Virus record (IMG/VR): IMGVR_UViG_3300042889_000326
Span: 1-58,706 of that record
DNA length: 58,706 nucleotides
Direction: 5' to 3' (one strand)
Origin: a virus
Lineage: Duplodnaviria > Caudoviricetes
The notes under the pieces are model-generated. The model ran no database searches. It had not been told where the DNA came from and worked only from the letters and a program-made list of their open reading frames with translations. Positions 1-10,015 of the stretch are shown piece by piece. The stretch's first letter is position 1, and every line of letters starts with the position of its first letter. The translations under genes were made by a program, and so were the position numbers.

Positions 1-1
1 A

Positions 2-952
2 CCAAGTCAACTAATAACTGTCGCATTAACTGGTTCTAGTATTACATCCAGTTTTGGTATTGAATCTAAAACTATATCAATTGCATTATCTGGTCTTAGT
101 AGTGTATCTAATAAGGGAATATTATCACCAAGTCAGATAGTAAATGTTACACTAAATGGTTCTAGTATTACATCTAATTTTGGGATATTGATACCAACTT
201 TTCCAGTTTCATTAACTGGTCTTAGTATTGTCTCCAATAAGGGAATATTAGTACCAAATCTAATACCATTATTAACTGGCTCTAGTATTACATCTAATTT
301 TGGTGTTGAATCTAAAACTATATCAATTGCATTATCTGGTTCTAGTATTGTCTCCAATAAGGGAATATTAGTACCAAGTCAACTAATAACTGTTGCTTTA
401 ACTGGTTCTAGTATTGTATCCAGTATTGGGATATTGATACCAACTTTTCCAGTTTCATTAACTGGTTCTAGTATTGTCTCCAATAAGGGATTATTAGTAC
501 CAAATCTAATACCATTATTAACTGGCTCTAGTATTACATCCAGTTTTGGTGTTGAAACACCTAGTCAAACAATAAATGTCACATTATCTGGTTCTAGTAT
601 TGTCTCCAGTGGAGGATCATTAGTACCAAATATACTATCAGCATTAACTGGCTCTAGTATTACATCCAGTTTTGGTATTGAAACACCTAGTCAACTAATA
701 ACTGTTGCATTGACTGGTCTCAGTATTGTATCCAGTATTGGGATATTGATACCAACTTTTCCAGTTTCATTAACTGGTTCTAGTATTACTAGTTATTATG
801 GTGATATATTTACATATATATCTATAGTAGATAACGCAAAAGTTAAATGGATTAGTGAATATAAATTATCATTAACATATGATATTGGACAGCAGTATAA
901 AGTTGACTTTGATAAAGAATATACATATATAACAAAACCCATCAAACTATAA
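2..952 (+). CDS. Partial (5' truncated) Ser/Thr/Ile-rich tandem-repeat protein, probably virion structural
   Basis: Frame is open from position 2, upstream of the tracked start; 13 L(T/S/N)G(S/L)S units spaced 60 or 66 nt. Confidence 0.75.
   Translation, partial: PSQLITVALTGSSITSSFGIESKTISIALSGLSSVSNKGILSPSQIVNVTLNGSSITSNFGILIPTFPVSLTGLSIVSNKGILVPNLIPLLTGSSITSNFGVESKTISIALSGSSIVSNKGILVPSQLITVALTGSSIVSSIGILIPTFPVSLTGSSIVSNKGLLVPNLIPLLTGSSITSSFGVETPSQTINVTLSGSSIVSSGGSLVPNILSALTGSSITSSFGIETPSQLITVALTGLSIVSSIGILIPTFPVSLTGSSITSYYGDIFTYISIVDNAKVKWISEYKLSLTYDIGQQYKVDFDKEYTYITKPIKL
29..790 (+). repeat. Coding tandem repeat, 13 units of 60/66 nt
   Basis: Cores like ACTGGTTCTAGTATT at 29, 89, 155, 215, 275, 335, 401, 461, 521, 587, 647, 713, 773. 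Confidence 0.9.
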
Positions 953-961
953 TTGGATATG

Positions 962-969
962 TATAAATA
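962..969 (+). promoter_or_regulatory. T4-type late promoter
   Basis: TATAAATA upstream of the neck genes. Confidence 0.75.
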
Positions 970-993
970 GATGAATACAATAGGAGATTTTAA

Positions 994-1074
994 GTGACAA
1001 TACAATCAAGAGAAGATTTAAAACAATATATGTTCATCCAACTTCAACTGAAGCAAAACGTAGAAGAGGTTTAA
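994..1074 (+). pseudogene. 26-aa mini-ORF repeating the gp13 N-terminus
   Basis: AGGAG then GTG; MTIQSREDLKQY vs gp13 MAVNSREELKQY. Confidence 0.6.
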
Positions 1075-1077
1075 TCA

Positions 1078-2049
1078 ATGGCAGTTAATAGTAGGGAAGA
1101 ATTAAAACAATATTGTTTGCGTGCTCTTGGAAGTCCAGTCCTCGAAATAAATGTTGATGATGAACAACTAGAAGATAGACTAGATGAAGCATTAGAATAT
1201 TGGAGACAATATCACCCAGATGGCATAGAACAAATTTATATGAAGCAAATCATCACTGCTTCATCAATGAATCTTACTACCTCAGTTGCATCTACTTTTT
1301 CTATAGGTGAAATTGTTAGAGGTTCTACATCAAATGCAACTGCATTAATAACTGTTGAAGGAACAAGAGTTTCTTCTGGTTCTTTGCTACTAGTATATAA
1401 GATAGTTGGAACTTTTGTTGCTGGAGAAACTATTACTGGATCATCTTCTGGTCACACTGCTATTTTAAGCACCATACCTGTAGTAAAGGGGGTTTATGAT
1501 AATCAGTATATTACTGTTCCAGATTTGGTGTATGGAATTACCAATATTCTTCCAATTGGGAATACATATCAAAATTCCCAAAATCCTTTTGATAATATTC
1601 AATATCAACTTAGATTGAATAGTTTTGCTGATTTATCATCAATATCAATGGTATATTATACTACAGCAATGAGTTATTTAGATTTAGTTAATTTTGAATT
1701 AACAAGGAATCCAACTATAAGATTCAATCGTCTCCAAAATAGATTATATTTAGATATCAATTGGGCGACTGAGATTTTTGTTGGGCAATATGTAGTTGCT
1801 CAATGTTATAGAGTATTAGACCCAGAAGAATTTGTCAGAGTATGGTCTGAATCTTGGTTAAGACATTATGTAACAGCATTATTTAAAAAACAATGGGGAA
1901 CCAATCTTAAGAAGTTTTCTGGAATGCTGCTCCCAGGTGGTGTTCAAATAGATGGACAAGGGATATATGATGAGGGTGTTGGAGAAGCTAAAGATTTAGA
2001 AGATGAATTGATGAATAAATCTGCCCCTCTAAATTTCTTCTTAGGATAG
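1078..2049 (+). CDS. gp13: Neck protein gp13
   Basis: LKQYCLRALGSPVLEINV and KKQWGTNLKKF motifs; synteny. Confidence 0.92.
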   Translation: MAVNSREELKQYCLRALGSPVLEINVDDEQLEDRLDEALEYWRQYHPDGIEQIYMKQIITASSMNLTTSVASTFSIGEIVRGSTSNATALITVEGTRVSSGSLLLVYKIVGTFVAGETITGSSSGHTAILSTIPVVKGVYDNQYITVPDLVYGITNILPIGNTYQNSQNPFDNIQYQLRLNSFADLSSISMVYYTTAMSYLDLVNFELTRNPTIRFNRLQNRLYLDINWATEIFVGQYVVAQCYRVLDPEEFVRVWSESWLRHYVTALFKKQWGTNLKKFSGMLLPGGVQIDGQGIYDEGVGEAKDLEDELMNKSAPLNFFLG

Positions 2050-2053
2050 GGAT

Positions 2054-2962
2054 ATGGCTAGAAATATATATTTTTCACAAGGTTCATCAAATGAACAAGG
2101 ATTGATGGAGGATATCATTATTGAATCTATGAAGATTTATGGTAATGATATGTATTATATTCCTAGAACCTTAGTTTCTAAAGATGAAATTCTTGGAGAA
2201 GATAGATTATCAGAATTTAAAGACAGTTATCCTATAGAGATGTATTTTGAAAATATAGATAACTTTGATGGTCAAGGGGCATTCATTCAAAAATTTGGAT
2301 TAATGATGGATCAGACAGCAACATTAGTAGTGTCTAGAAGAAGGTGGGAACAACTCATTGGAAATTATGGGACTACTATTATTCCTACTAGACCATGTGA
2401 GGGTGATCTTATATATTTTCCATTAACTAAGGGGTTATTTGAAATTAAATTTGTAAAACATCAAGATCCTTTCTATCAAATTGGTAAATTATATGTGTAC
2501 AAACTTCAAGTAGAATTGTTCCAATATGCATCAGAAAGAATTAATACTGGAATTGATGAAATAGATATTTTTGAATCTCTAAAAACTTTTTCCACAGATA
2601 TTGCTACCAGTTCTTTTGGTGAAGTTTCTAGTGTTACAATCATAAATCGTGGTTCAGGTTATACAACTGCTCCTGTTATAGCATTTACAGGAGGAGGTGG
2701 ATTAGGTGCTTCTGCAATAGCAATTCTTGGCACTGGAACTACTGCTAATAAGATTATTAGAATAGATGTTATTGATGGTGGAACTGGTTATACAACTGTT
2801 CCTAGTATAACATTTACAGGCGGTGGTGGAACAGGTGTTATAGTTACTGTGAATGTTACTGTAAATATTGATGATTCTGGATCTTTTGGGGATAATAACA
2901 ACTTTAAAGAACAAGCAGTTGGTATTGTTTTCTCTGAACAAAATCCATTTGGAGAAGTATAA
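2054..2962 (+). CDS. gp14: Neck protein gp14
   Basis: YYIPR, RPCEGDLIYFP, PFYQIGKLYVYKL; synteny. Confidence 0.92.
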   Translation: MARNIYFSQGSSNEQGLMEDIIIESMKIYGNDMYYIPRTLVSKDEILGEDRLSEFKDSYPIEMYFENIDNFDGQGAFIQKFGLMMDQTATLVVSRRRWEQLIGNYGTTIIPTRPCEGDLIYFPLTKGLFEIKFVKHQDPFYQIGKLYVYKLQVELFQYASERINTGIDEIDIFESLKTFSTDIATSSFGEVSSVTIINRGSGYTTAPVIAFTGGGGLGASAIAILGTGTTANKIIRIDVIDGGTGYTTVPSITFTGGGGTGVIVTVNVTVNIDDSGSFGDNNNFKEQAVGIVFSEQNPFGEV

Positions 2963-3708
2963 TGTTAAATAATTCAGTACATTACTTTGGGACGATTAGG
3001 AAAACTATTATTGCATTCGGTAATTTGTTTTCTAATATATATATAGATCGTAAACAAGGAGATTCTGTAACTGGAACTACTATTCAAAGACTTCAGATAC
3101 CTCTTGCCTATTCTAATAAGGAAAAGTGGGTTCAAAGATTAGATGGAGATCCTAATTTAGAAAACAATACATATACTACATTACCTAGAATGGCATTTGA
3201 AATTGTTGGCTATGCATATGATGCGACTAGAAAAGCTAATAAGATGCAAAAAATAACATGTGCTTCAGGTAATACATCTTATTCAACAGTTCAAAGCCCT
3301 GTACCATATAATATACAAATTAATCTTTATATATTAACAAAGACGCAAGAAGATGGTTTACAAATATTAGAACAAATACTACCTACATTTACACCAGATT
3401 ATACTGTATCAGTTAATGTAATTCCAGATATGAATATCATTCAAGATGTTCCTATAATTCTACAAGATGTAACTGTTGAAGATGATTTTGAAGGAGATTT
3501 CTTAACTAGAAGATTTGTAACACACACTTTAACATTTACTCTTAAAACAAATTTATATGGATCAAATACTAATAGAAGTATAATTAAACAAGTACATGCA
3601 AATGTTAAAGATATAGTTAATACATCTAGTTCATATGCAAATTATGAAGCAATAGCAAATGAGACAACTAAATTAGTAACATCTGAATCTTGGTTAGAGG
3701 ATTTCTAG
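2962..3708 (+). CDS. gp15: Tail sheath stabilizer/terminator gp15
   Basis: IPLAYS, TLPRMAFE, QILEQILPTFTP. Confidence 0.92.
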   Translation: MLNNSVHYFGTIRKTIIAFGNLFSNIYIDRKQGDSVTGTTIQRLQIPLAYSNKEKWVQRLDGDPNLENNTYTTLPRMAFEIVGYAYDATRKANKMQKITCASGNTSYSTVQSPVPYNIQINLYILTKTQEDGLQILEQILPTFTPDYTVSVNVIPDMNIIQDVPIILQDVTVEDDFEGDFLTRRFVTHTLTFTLKTNLYGSNTNRSIIKQVHANVKDIVNTSSSYANYEAIANETTKLVTSESWLEDF

Positions 3709-3743
3709 GGGTTACTTTTAAATTTGCTTTACAAATATTTGTT

Positions 3744-3822
3744 CAAGCTATCTCATGACGGGACTACAGATATATGATAACACTGATTTGCAAGCTTGTC
3801 AAACTTTTGGATGAAAATAAAT
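3744..3822 (-). promoter_or_regulatory. Antisense sigma70-type promoter element, copy 1 of a dispersed repeat
   Basis: Minus strand TTGACA (3802-3797), 17 nt, TATCAT (3779-3774); 31 nt identical to 19010-19040. Confidence 0.75.
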
Positions 3823-3823
3823 A

Positions 3824-5404
3824 ATGAGTATTTTTTATAACAATAATATTAATCTTAAAGCAACTAACAATGCTATTCAATTTACTGAAGAACAAGTTGC
3901 TGAATACATTCTTTGTAAAAATGATCCAATATATTTTATAAAGAAATATTGTAAAATTATATCGTTAGATCAGGGTCTAATTGACTTTAAATTATTTGAT
4001 TACCAAGTAAGATTTATAGAAGTCTTACATAACGAAAACCGCATTGTTTCAATGCAACCAAGACAGAGTGGTAAAACTCAAGTAGTTGCTGCTTATGTTT
4101 TATATTATAGTTTGTTCAATGATAACAAAACAATTGCTATTCTTGCTAATAAATCTGTTGCTGCAAGAGAAATTTTATCTAGATATCAATTGATGTATGA
4201 ATACCTCCCAAACTTTCTTCAACAAGGTGTTAAAACTTGGAACAAAGGTGATATTGAATTAGAAAATGGCTCAAAAGTATTCACATCAGCTACATCATCA
4301 TCTGGTATTCGTGGTAAATCTGTAAACATTTTATATATTGATGAGGTATCAATCGTCCCAAATAATGTTGCTGAGGATTTCTTCACATCAACTTATCCTA
4401 CTATATCATCTGGTACAACTACCAAAATTATTCTTACATCAACTCCATTAGGATACAACCACTTTTGGAAGTTCTGGAACGAAGCTGAAACTGGTGTTAA
4501 TGGATTTTCACCAGTAAGGGTAAATTATTGGGAACATCCTAATAGAGATGAAGCTTGGGCATTAAAACAAAAAGAGTTACTAGGAGAACTAAAATTTAAT
4601 CAAGAAATTTTATGTACTTTTCTTGGTTCATCCTCAACTCTGATAAATAGTGATACTCTTGCTAGACTTTCTGCCTCTTTAATTATCTACGCTAAAGATA
4701 ATCTTGATGTTTATGAAAGACCTATGATAAATAGAGTATACACAATGATTGTTGATGTTGCAAAGGGTGTTGGGGGAGATTATTCTGCTTTTACTCTTAT
4801 AGACATAACCGATACACCATATAAAGTAGTTGCTAAATATAGAAACAATCTAATTAGTCCTATGTTGTTTCCAAATGTTATATACAAGATAGGAACTGAA
4901 TACAACAATGCTCATATTCTAATAGAGGGTAATGTTGGAGAACAGGTAGGTTATATACTTTACAATGAGTTGGAGTATGAAAATATATTATTTATAAATA
5001 GAACCACACAAGGTCAAGCTATTACTGGTGGCTTTGGTTCTGGAAAAGCTCAAGTTGGTATTATCACTGATAAGAAAGTTAAGCGTATTGGTTGTTCTTC
5101 TCTTAAGATGTTAATAGAAGAGAACAAATTATTGATACCTGATGCAGATATTATATCAGAATTATCTACTTTTATAGAAGTTAGAGAATCCTTTGCTGCA
5201 GATAATGGTTATCATGATGATTTAGTGATGACTTTAGTTCTATTTGGGTGGTTAGTAACACAACCATATTTTAAAGAATTAAACAATATAGACTTGCGTT
5301 ATATGATTTACCAAAATCAAATGAAGCAAATAGAAGATGAATTAACCCCCTTTGGGTTTTATAATGATGGTACAGAGGAAGAACTTAGTTTAGTGAATTT
5401 TTAA
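3824..5404 (+). CDS. gp17: Terminase large subunit
   Basis: PRQSGKT Walker A, YIDE Walker B, DVAKGVGGDYS, HDDLVM. Confidence 0.97.
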   Translation: MSIFYNNNINLKATNNAIQFTEEQVAEYILCKNDPIYFIKKYCKIISLDQGLIDFKLFDYQVRFIEVLHNENRIVSMQPRQSGKTQVVAAYVLYYSLFNDNKTIAILANKSVAAREILSRYQLMYEYLPNFLQQGVKTWNKGDIELENGSKVFTSATSSSGIRGKSVNILYIDEVSIVPNNVAEDFFTSTYPTISSGTTTKIILTSTPLGYNHFWKFWNEAETGVNGFSPVRVNYWEHPNRDEAWALKQKELLGELKFNQEILCTFLGSSSTLINSDTLARLSASLIIYAKDNLDVYERPMINRVYTMIVDVAKGVGGDYSAFTLIDITDTPYKVVAKYRNNLISPMLFPNVIYKIGTEYNNAHILIEGNVGEQVGYILYNELEYENILFINRTTQGQAITGGFGSGKAQVGIITDKKVKRIGCSSLKMLIEENKLLIPDADIISELSTFIEVRESFAADNGYHDDLVMTLVLFGWLVTQPYFKELNNIDLRYMIYQNQMKQIEDELTPFGFYNDGTEEELSLVNF

Positions 5405-5463
5405 TTTTGATAAATATAATTAGAATTGAACACTTAACTTAACACAACACAATGGAGAAAAAC

Positions 5464-7833
5464 ATGCCTATACTATTAAGTCCTGGCGTTGCAGTAGTAG
5501 AAAAAGACTTTACAAATATTGTTCCCGCAATCGCATCATCTGCATGTGGTTTTGCAGGAACATTTGCTTGGGGTCCAGTTTTATTTCCAACTACTGTAAT
5601 TTCGGAAAATAATCTAGTTTCACAATTTGGGAAACCAAATGCTTCAAATTCACAATCATTTTTTACTGCAGCAAATTTCTTATCTTATTCAAATAATTTA
5701 TTGAATATTCGTATTGATACTGTTGGTCAAGTAAATGCTGTTTCAAACGGTACTGCTGTAAAAATTAACAACCCTGATACATATCTTTCAAATTTTTCAG
5801 GTTCAAATACACAAAAATTTGCTGCCAAATATCCTGGATCTTTAGGTAATAGTATTGGTATTGAGATTGCAGATGCTGGAACATATGTTGCTACGACTTT
5901 GCTGGGTACTATAACTACAAGTAGTTCAACTGCTACTCTGACTGGCTCATCCGCATCAATAACCCCAACAAATTATATCGGTAATGGTTCAACAACTGTT
6001 ACAGCTACTATTGCTTCAACTACTGGGTTTACTATAGGCGATCCTATTATAATCTCTGGAGCTAGTGAACCAGAATCTGGTAAAGTTGTTGGTACTTGGT
6101 CTATCGCTAGTATTATTGGTGCAACTTCCTTTACATTTAAAATTACTCAACAATTAGCTAGTGCAACATATACTACAAATCTTGGAACTATTGTTAAACC
6201 AGTTTCACGTTTTACTTCACAATTATATATCGGTGCTATAGTTAAATCTTCAGCTATGTCATATACGAATGTTACCACTTCTATATCTACTAAAACATTA
6301 GCTGGTGTTGGTACATCTTTTCTATCACAATTATATGTCGGTGCTATTGTAAAATCTACCACTGGTGTCGTTATAGGTGTTGTTGCTTCTATTGGTGATA
6401 ATTCTACTGCAACTTTTGTTGATAATTCTACTGTCGCTCTTACAAATGGCGCAGCTAATGTAGATTCTGTTACATTAGGAACTGTTACTGCTGTTACTAA
6501 TGATATTACTGCTACATTCTCTGCAAATTCTACTTTTACAGTATCTGGAGCAACACCTGCTACTATCCCTTGGAAATATAGTTCACAATTTACATCTGCT
6601 CCTGGTACTTCATCATTTGCTACTAACGCAAATGCACCATTAGCTTCTGATGAATTACACATCTTAATTTTGGATGTTAATGGTGCTTGGACAGGAACTC
6701 CTGGAGCTGTATTAGAAAAATATGCATTTGTATCAAAAGCATCTAATGCTAAAACAGAAAATGGAACTAATAATTACTTCAAAGATGTTTTGAATAATAC
6801 TTCAAATTATGTTTGGTGGTTATCAACTCCAACCACTGGTTCTGGTCAAACTGCTTGGGGACAACCAATTGTTGGTGGTAGTATTTTTAATTCTTTATTA
6901 GGAAACTATTCAGTATCTCTTTCTGGTGGTGTTGATAATTTTGTCGCAACAGATGCAGAAAAAATTGCTGCATTTTCATTGTTCGATAACACTGAATTAT
7001 ATCAAATTGCTTACATTGCTGCTGGTCAAGCTACTACTGCAGTTGCAAATTATATAATTAGTAACATAGCTGAAGTCAGAAAAGATATTATTGCTTTTGT
7101 TTCCCCAGAAGATGTTTCAACTGCTGCTGTTATTATTGGAAGTGGTTCTGTTGCAACTGCCAAAATTAATGCATACAGAAATGCTTTACCATCTACTTCT
7201 TTTGCTGCAATTGATACTGGTTACAAATATCAATATGATAGATATAATGATGTGTATCAATATGTTCCATTGAATGGTGATGTGGCTGGTTTATGTGCTA
7301 GAACTGATGCAACTAATGATCCTTGGTTTTCGCCTGGTGGTTTAAATCGTGGTCAAATTAAAAATGTTGTTAAATTAGCAGTTAATCCATCTCCTGCTGA
7401 TCGTGATGCTCTATATACAAATGGTGTAAATCCTGTAGTTTCATTCCCAGGACAAGGTGTTGTCTTATATGGTGACAAAACTATGTTAGCCAAACCATCT
7501 GCATTTGACAGAATTGGTGTTCGTAGATTGTTTATCATTCTTGAAAAATCAGTTGCTATTGCTGCTAAATTCCAATTGTTTGAATTCAATGATGGATTTA
7601 CCAGAAATCAATTTAAAAATATGATTGTCCCATTCTTGAGAGATATTCAAGGTAGACGAGGTATTAATGATTTCCAAGTTGTTTGTGACGGTACTAACAA
7701 TACAGATCAAGTAGTTATGTCTAACAATTTTGTTGCTGATATCTATATCAAACCAAATTATTCTATCAATTATATCACACTAAACTTTATTGCTGGTCGT
7801 CAAGCAGTTGCGTTTAGTACAACTGGCGCATAA
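5464..7833 (+). CDS. gp18: Tail sheath protein with Thr/Ser-rich insertion
   Basis: SPGVAVVEKD, PWFSPGG, AFDRIGVRRLF; GGAG precedes ATG 5464. Confidence 0.96.
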   Translation: MPILLSPGVAVVEKDFTNIVPAIASSACGFAGTFAWGPVLFPTTVISENNLVSQFGKPNASNSQSFFTAANFLSYSNNLLNIRIDTVGQVNAVSNGTAVKINNPDTYLSNFSGSNTQKFAAKYPGSLGNSIGIEIADAGTYVATTLLGTITTSSSTATLTGSSASITPTNYIGNGSTTVTATIASTTGFTIGDPIIISGASEPESGKVVGTWSIASIIGATSFTFKITQQLASATYTTNLGTIVKPVSRFTSQLYIGAIVKSSAMSYTNVTTSISTKTLAGVGTSFLSQLYVGAIVKSTTGVVIGVVASIGDNSTATFVDNSTVALTNGAANVDSVTLGTVTAVTNDITATFSANSTFTVSGATPATIPWKYSSQFTSAPGTSSFATNANAPLASDELHILILDVNGAWTGTPGAVLEKYAFVSKASNAKTENGTNNYFKDVLNNTSNYVWWLSTPTTGSGQTAWGQPIVGGSIFNSLLGNYSVSLSGGVDNFVATDAEKIAAFSLFDNTELYQIAYIAAGQATTAVANYIISNIAEVRKDIIAFVSPEDVSTAAVIIGSGSVATAKINAYRNALPSTSFAAIDTGYKYQYDRYNDVYQYVPLNGDVAGLCARTDATNDPWFSPGGLNRGQIKNVVKLAVNPSPADRDALYTNGVNPVVSFPGQGVVLYGDKTMLAKPSAFDRIGVRRLFIILEKSVAIAAKFQLFEFNDGFTRNQFKNMIVPFLRDIQGRRGINDFQVVCDGTNNTDQVVMSNNFVADIYIKPNYSINYITLNFIAGRQAVAFSTTGA

Positions 7834-7844
7834 GGAGATTAAAT

Positions 7845-8471
7845 ATGCAAACTATAGATAGCTTTAAAACCGCATTATCACAAGGTGGAGCAAGAGCAAA
7901 TCAATTCCAAGTAAATTTAAGTTTTCCAACAGCCGTTGCTTCTGGTACCGCTGCTATTCAAGGGAATTTTCTTTGTACAGCAGCTTCATTACCAGCATCT
8001 ACTATTGAAAATATCTCTGTACCATATAGAGGAAAAATTGTAAATTTTGCTGGCGAACGTGTATTTGAACCTTGGTCTGTTACTATCATTAATGAAAATG
8101 ATTTTAATATCAGAAGTGCTTTTGAAAGATGGATGGATTATATAAACAGTAATGCTGCTGTTCAAGGTGCTCTTTATCCTGGTGGATATGTAGGTGGTGG
8201 TTATCAGGTCAATATGAATGTAACTCAAATGGACAGAAATAATAGCCCACTTATGGAATATATCTTCCATGATGCATATCCTGTTAATGTTAGTGAGATT
8301 GCTCTAAATTATGGTGATGGCGCAACTATAGAAGAATTCACAGTACAATTTGCGTATAACTTTTGGGTCAATAAAAATACTGATGGAACTGGTCAAAGTG
8401 GGTTATTTGGCGCAAATGGCAATATATCTACACCTATAGGCAATATCCCTATTCCTGGAATAGGGTTTTAA
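7845..8471 (+). CDS. gp19: Tail tube protein
   Basis: GGARANQF, AGERVFEPW, IEEFTVQF. Confidence 0.95.
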   Translation: MQTIDSFKTALSQGGARANQFQVNLSFPTAVASGTAAIQGNFLCTAASLPASTIENISVPYRGKIVNFAGERVFEPWSVTIINENDFNIRSAFERWMDYINSNAAVQGALYPGGYVGGGYQVNMNVTQMDRNNSPLMEYIFHDAYPVNVSEIALNYGDGATIEEFTVQFAYNFWVNKNTDGTGQSGLFGANGNISTPIGNIPIPGIGF

Positions 8472-8476
8472 TACTA

Positions 8477-8484
8477 TATAAATA
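8477..8484 (+). promoter_or_regulatory. T4-type late promoter
   Basis: TATAAATA upstream of the portal gene. Confidence 0.7.
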
Positions 8485-8516
8485 GTATTGATACTTAACT
8501 TTGATAAAGGCACTAT

Positions 8517-10007
8517 ATGAATCCACTAGATATGTTTGGTTTTAATTTAACTAAAAAGAAAGCAAAACCTAATATAGTTGCTTCTGTAGTGCCACCATCT
8601 CAAGAAGATGGTGCTTCAATCGTTTCTGCTGCAAGCTATTATGGTCTTGCAGTAGATCTTGATGGAGGCATTAAAAATGAAAACCAACTAATACAAAAAT
8701 ATAGAGAAACTGCTCAATATCCTGATTGTGATTCTGCAGTTGAAGATATTATAAATGAGGCAATTGTATATGAATCTACAAATCCTCCAGTTGAAATAGT
8801 ATTAGATGAATTGAATTTATCGGATAGCATTAAAACTAAAATCACAGATGAATTTAAAGAAGTATTGAGACTTTTAAAATTCTATGATAGAGGTCATGAT
8901 ATTTTCAGATCTTGGTATATTGATGGAAGAGTATATTATAACATATTAATAGATGAGGCAAATAAGAAAAATGGTATATCTGAATTAAGGTATATAGATC
9001 CTCAAAAAATTAGAAAAGTCAAATCCGTCAAAAAAGGTAAATCTATAAACGGATTAGATATAACAACAGGCATAGAAGAATACTACTTATACAATGACAA
9101 GGGGCTAACTGCTCAAACTAGTCAAGGTATTAAAATGAGTATGGATTCTGTTGCTTATTGCCATTCAGGTTTGATAGATAGTAATACTAATACAGTTTTA
9201 AGTTATATGCACAAGGCTATTAAGCCTACTAATCAACTTAAAATGATAGAAGATGCACTAGTCATCTATCGTGTTGCTAGAGCACCAGAAAGAAGAATAT
9301 TCTACATAGATGTGGGTAATCTACCAAAACTGAAAGCAGAACAGTATGTGTCAGACATCATGAATAAGTTTAGAAATAAACTAGTATATGATGCAACTAC
9401 TGGAGAAATTAAAGATGACAAAAAACATCTTTCAATGATGGAAGATTTTTGGATGCCTAGAAGAGAGGGTGGAAAAGGTACAGAAATTACTACATTGGAT
9501 GGTGCACAGAATTTAGGACAAATAGAAGATATCAACTATTTTCAAAATAAATTATTCCAAGCATTGAATGTTCCAATGTCTAGATTAAGACCTGATACTG
9601 GATTTTCTATAGGGCAATCATCAACTATTACAAGAGATGAGATTAAATTTTCTAAATTTATTGGTCGTTTAAGAGCTAGATTTTCGTGTTTGTTTTCGGA
9701 TGTTCTTAAGATTCAACTGATTATAAAGGGAATCATATTACCAGAAGAGTGGGATGAATTGGGTCAACTGATTCGTTATGATTTCAATAAAGATAATCAT
9801 TTTGAGGAGATGAAAAATTCTGAAATCCTAATTGGTAGATTGAATACTCTTCAACTTGCTGATCCATATATTGGGAGATATTTCTCAATAGAATGGGTTC
9901 GTAAAAATATATTACTACAATCAGAAGATGATTTTAAAGATATTGATAAACAAATGGCAGCAGAAGCACCAATGCTTCAAGCACAAGCTGAACAACAACA
10001 AGAATAG
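8517..10007 (+). CDS. gp20: Portal vertex protein
   Basis: RAPERRIFYIDVGNLPK, EDFWMPRREGGKGTEI. Confidence 0.97.
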   Translation: MNPLDMFGFNLTKKKAKPNIVASVVPPSQEDGASIVSAASYYGLAVDLDGGIKNENQLIQKYRETAQYPDCDSAVEDIINEAIVYESTNPPVEIVLDELNLSDSIKTKITDEFKEVLRLLKFYDRGHDIFRSWYIDGRVYYNILIDEANKKNGISELRYIDPQKIRKVKSVKKGKSINGLDITTGIEEYYLYNDKGLTAQTSQGIKMSMDSVAYCHSGLIDSNTNTVLSYMHKAIKPTNQLKMIEDALVIYRVARAPERRIFYIDVGNLPKLKAEQYVSDIMNKFRNKLVYDATTGEIKDDKKHLSMMEDFWMPRREGGKGTEITTLDGAQNLGQIEDINYFQNKLFQALNVPMSRLRPDTGFSIGQSSTITRDEIKFSKFIGRLRARFSCLFSDVLKIQLIIKGIILPEEWDELGQLIRYDFNKDNHFEEMKNSEILIGRLNTLQLADPYIGRYFSIEWVRKNILLQSEDDFKDIDKQMAAEAPMLQAQAEQQQE

Positions 10008-10015
10008 GAAATACA

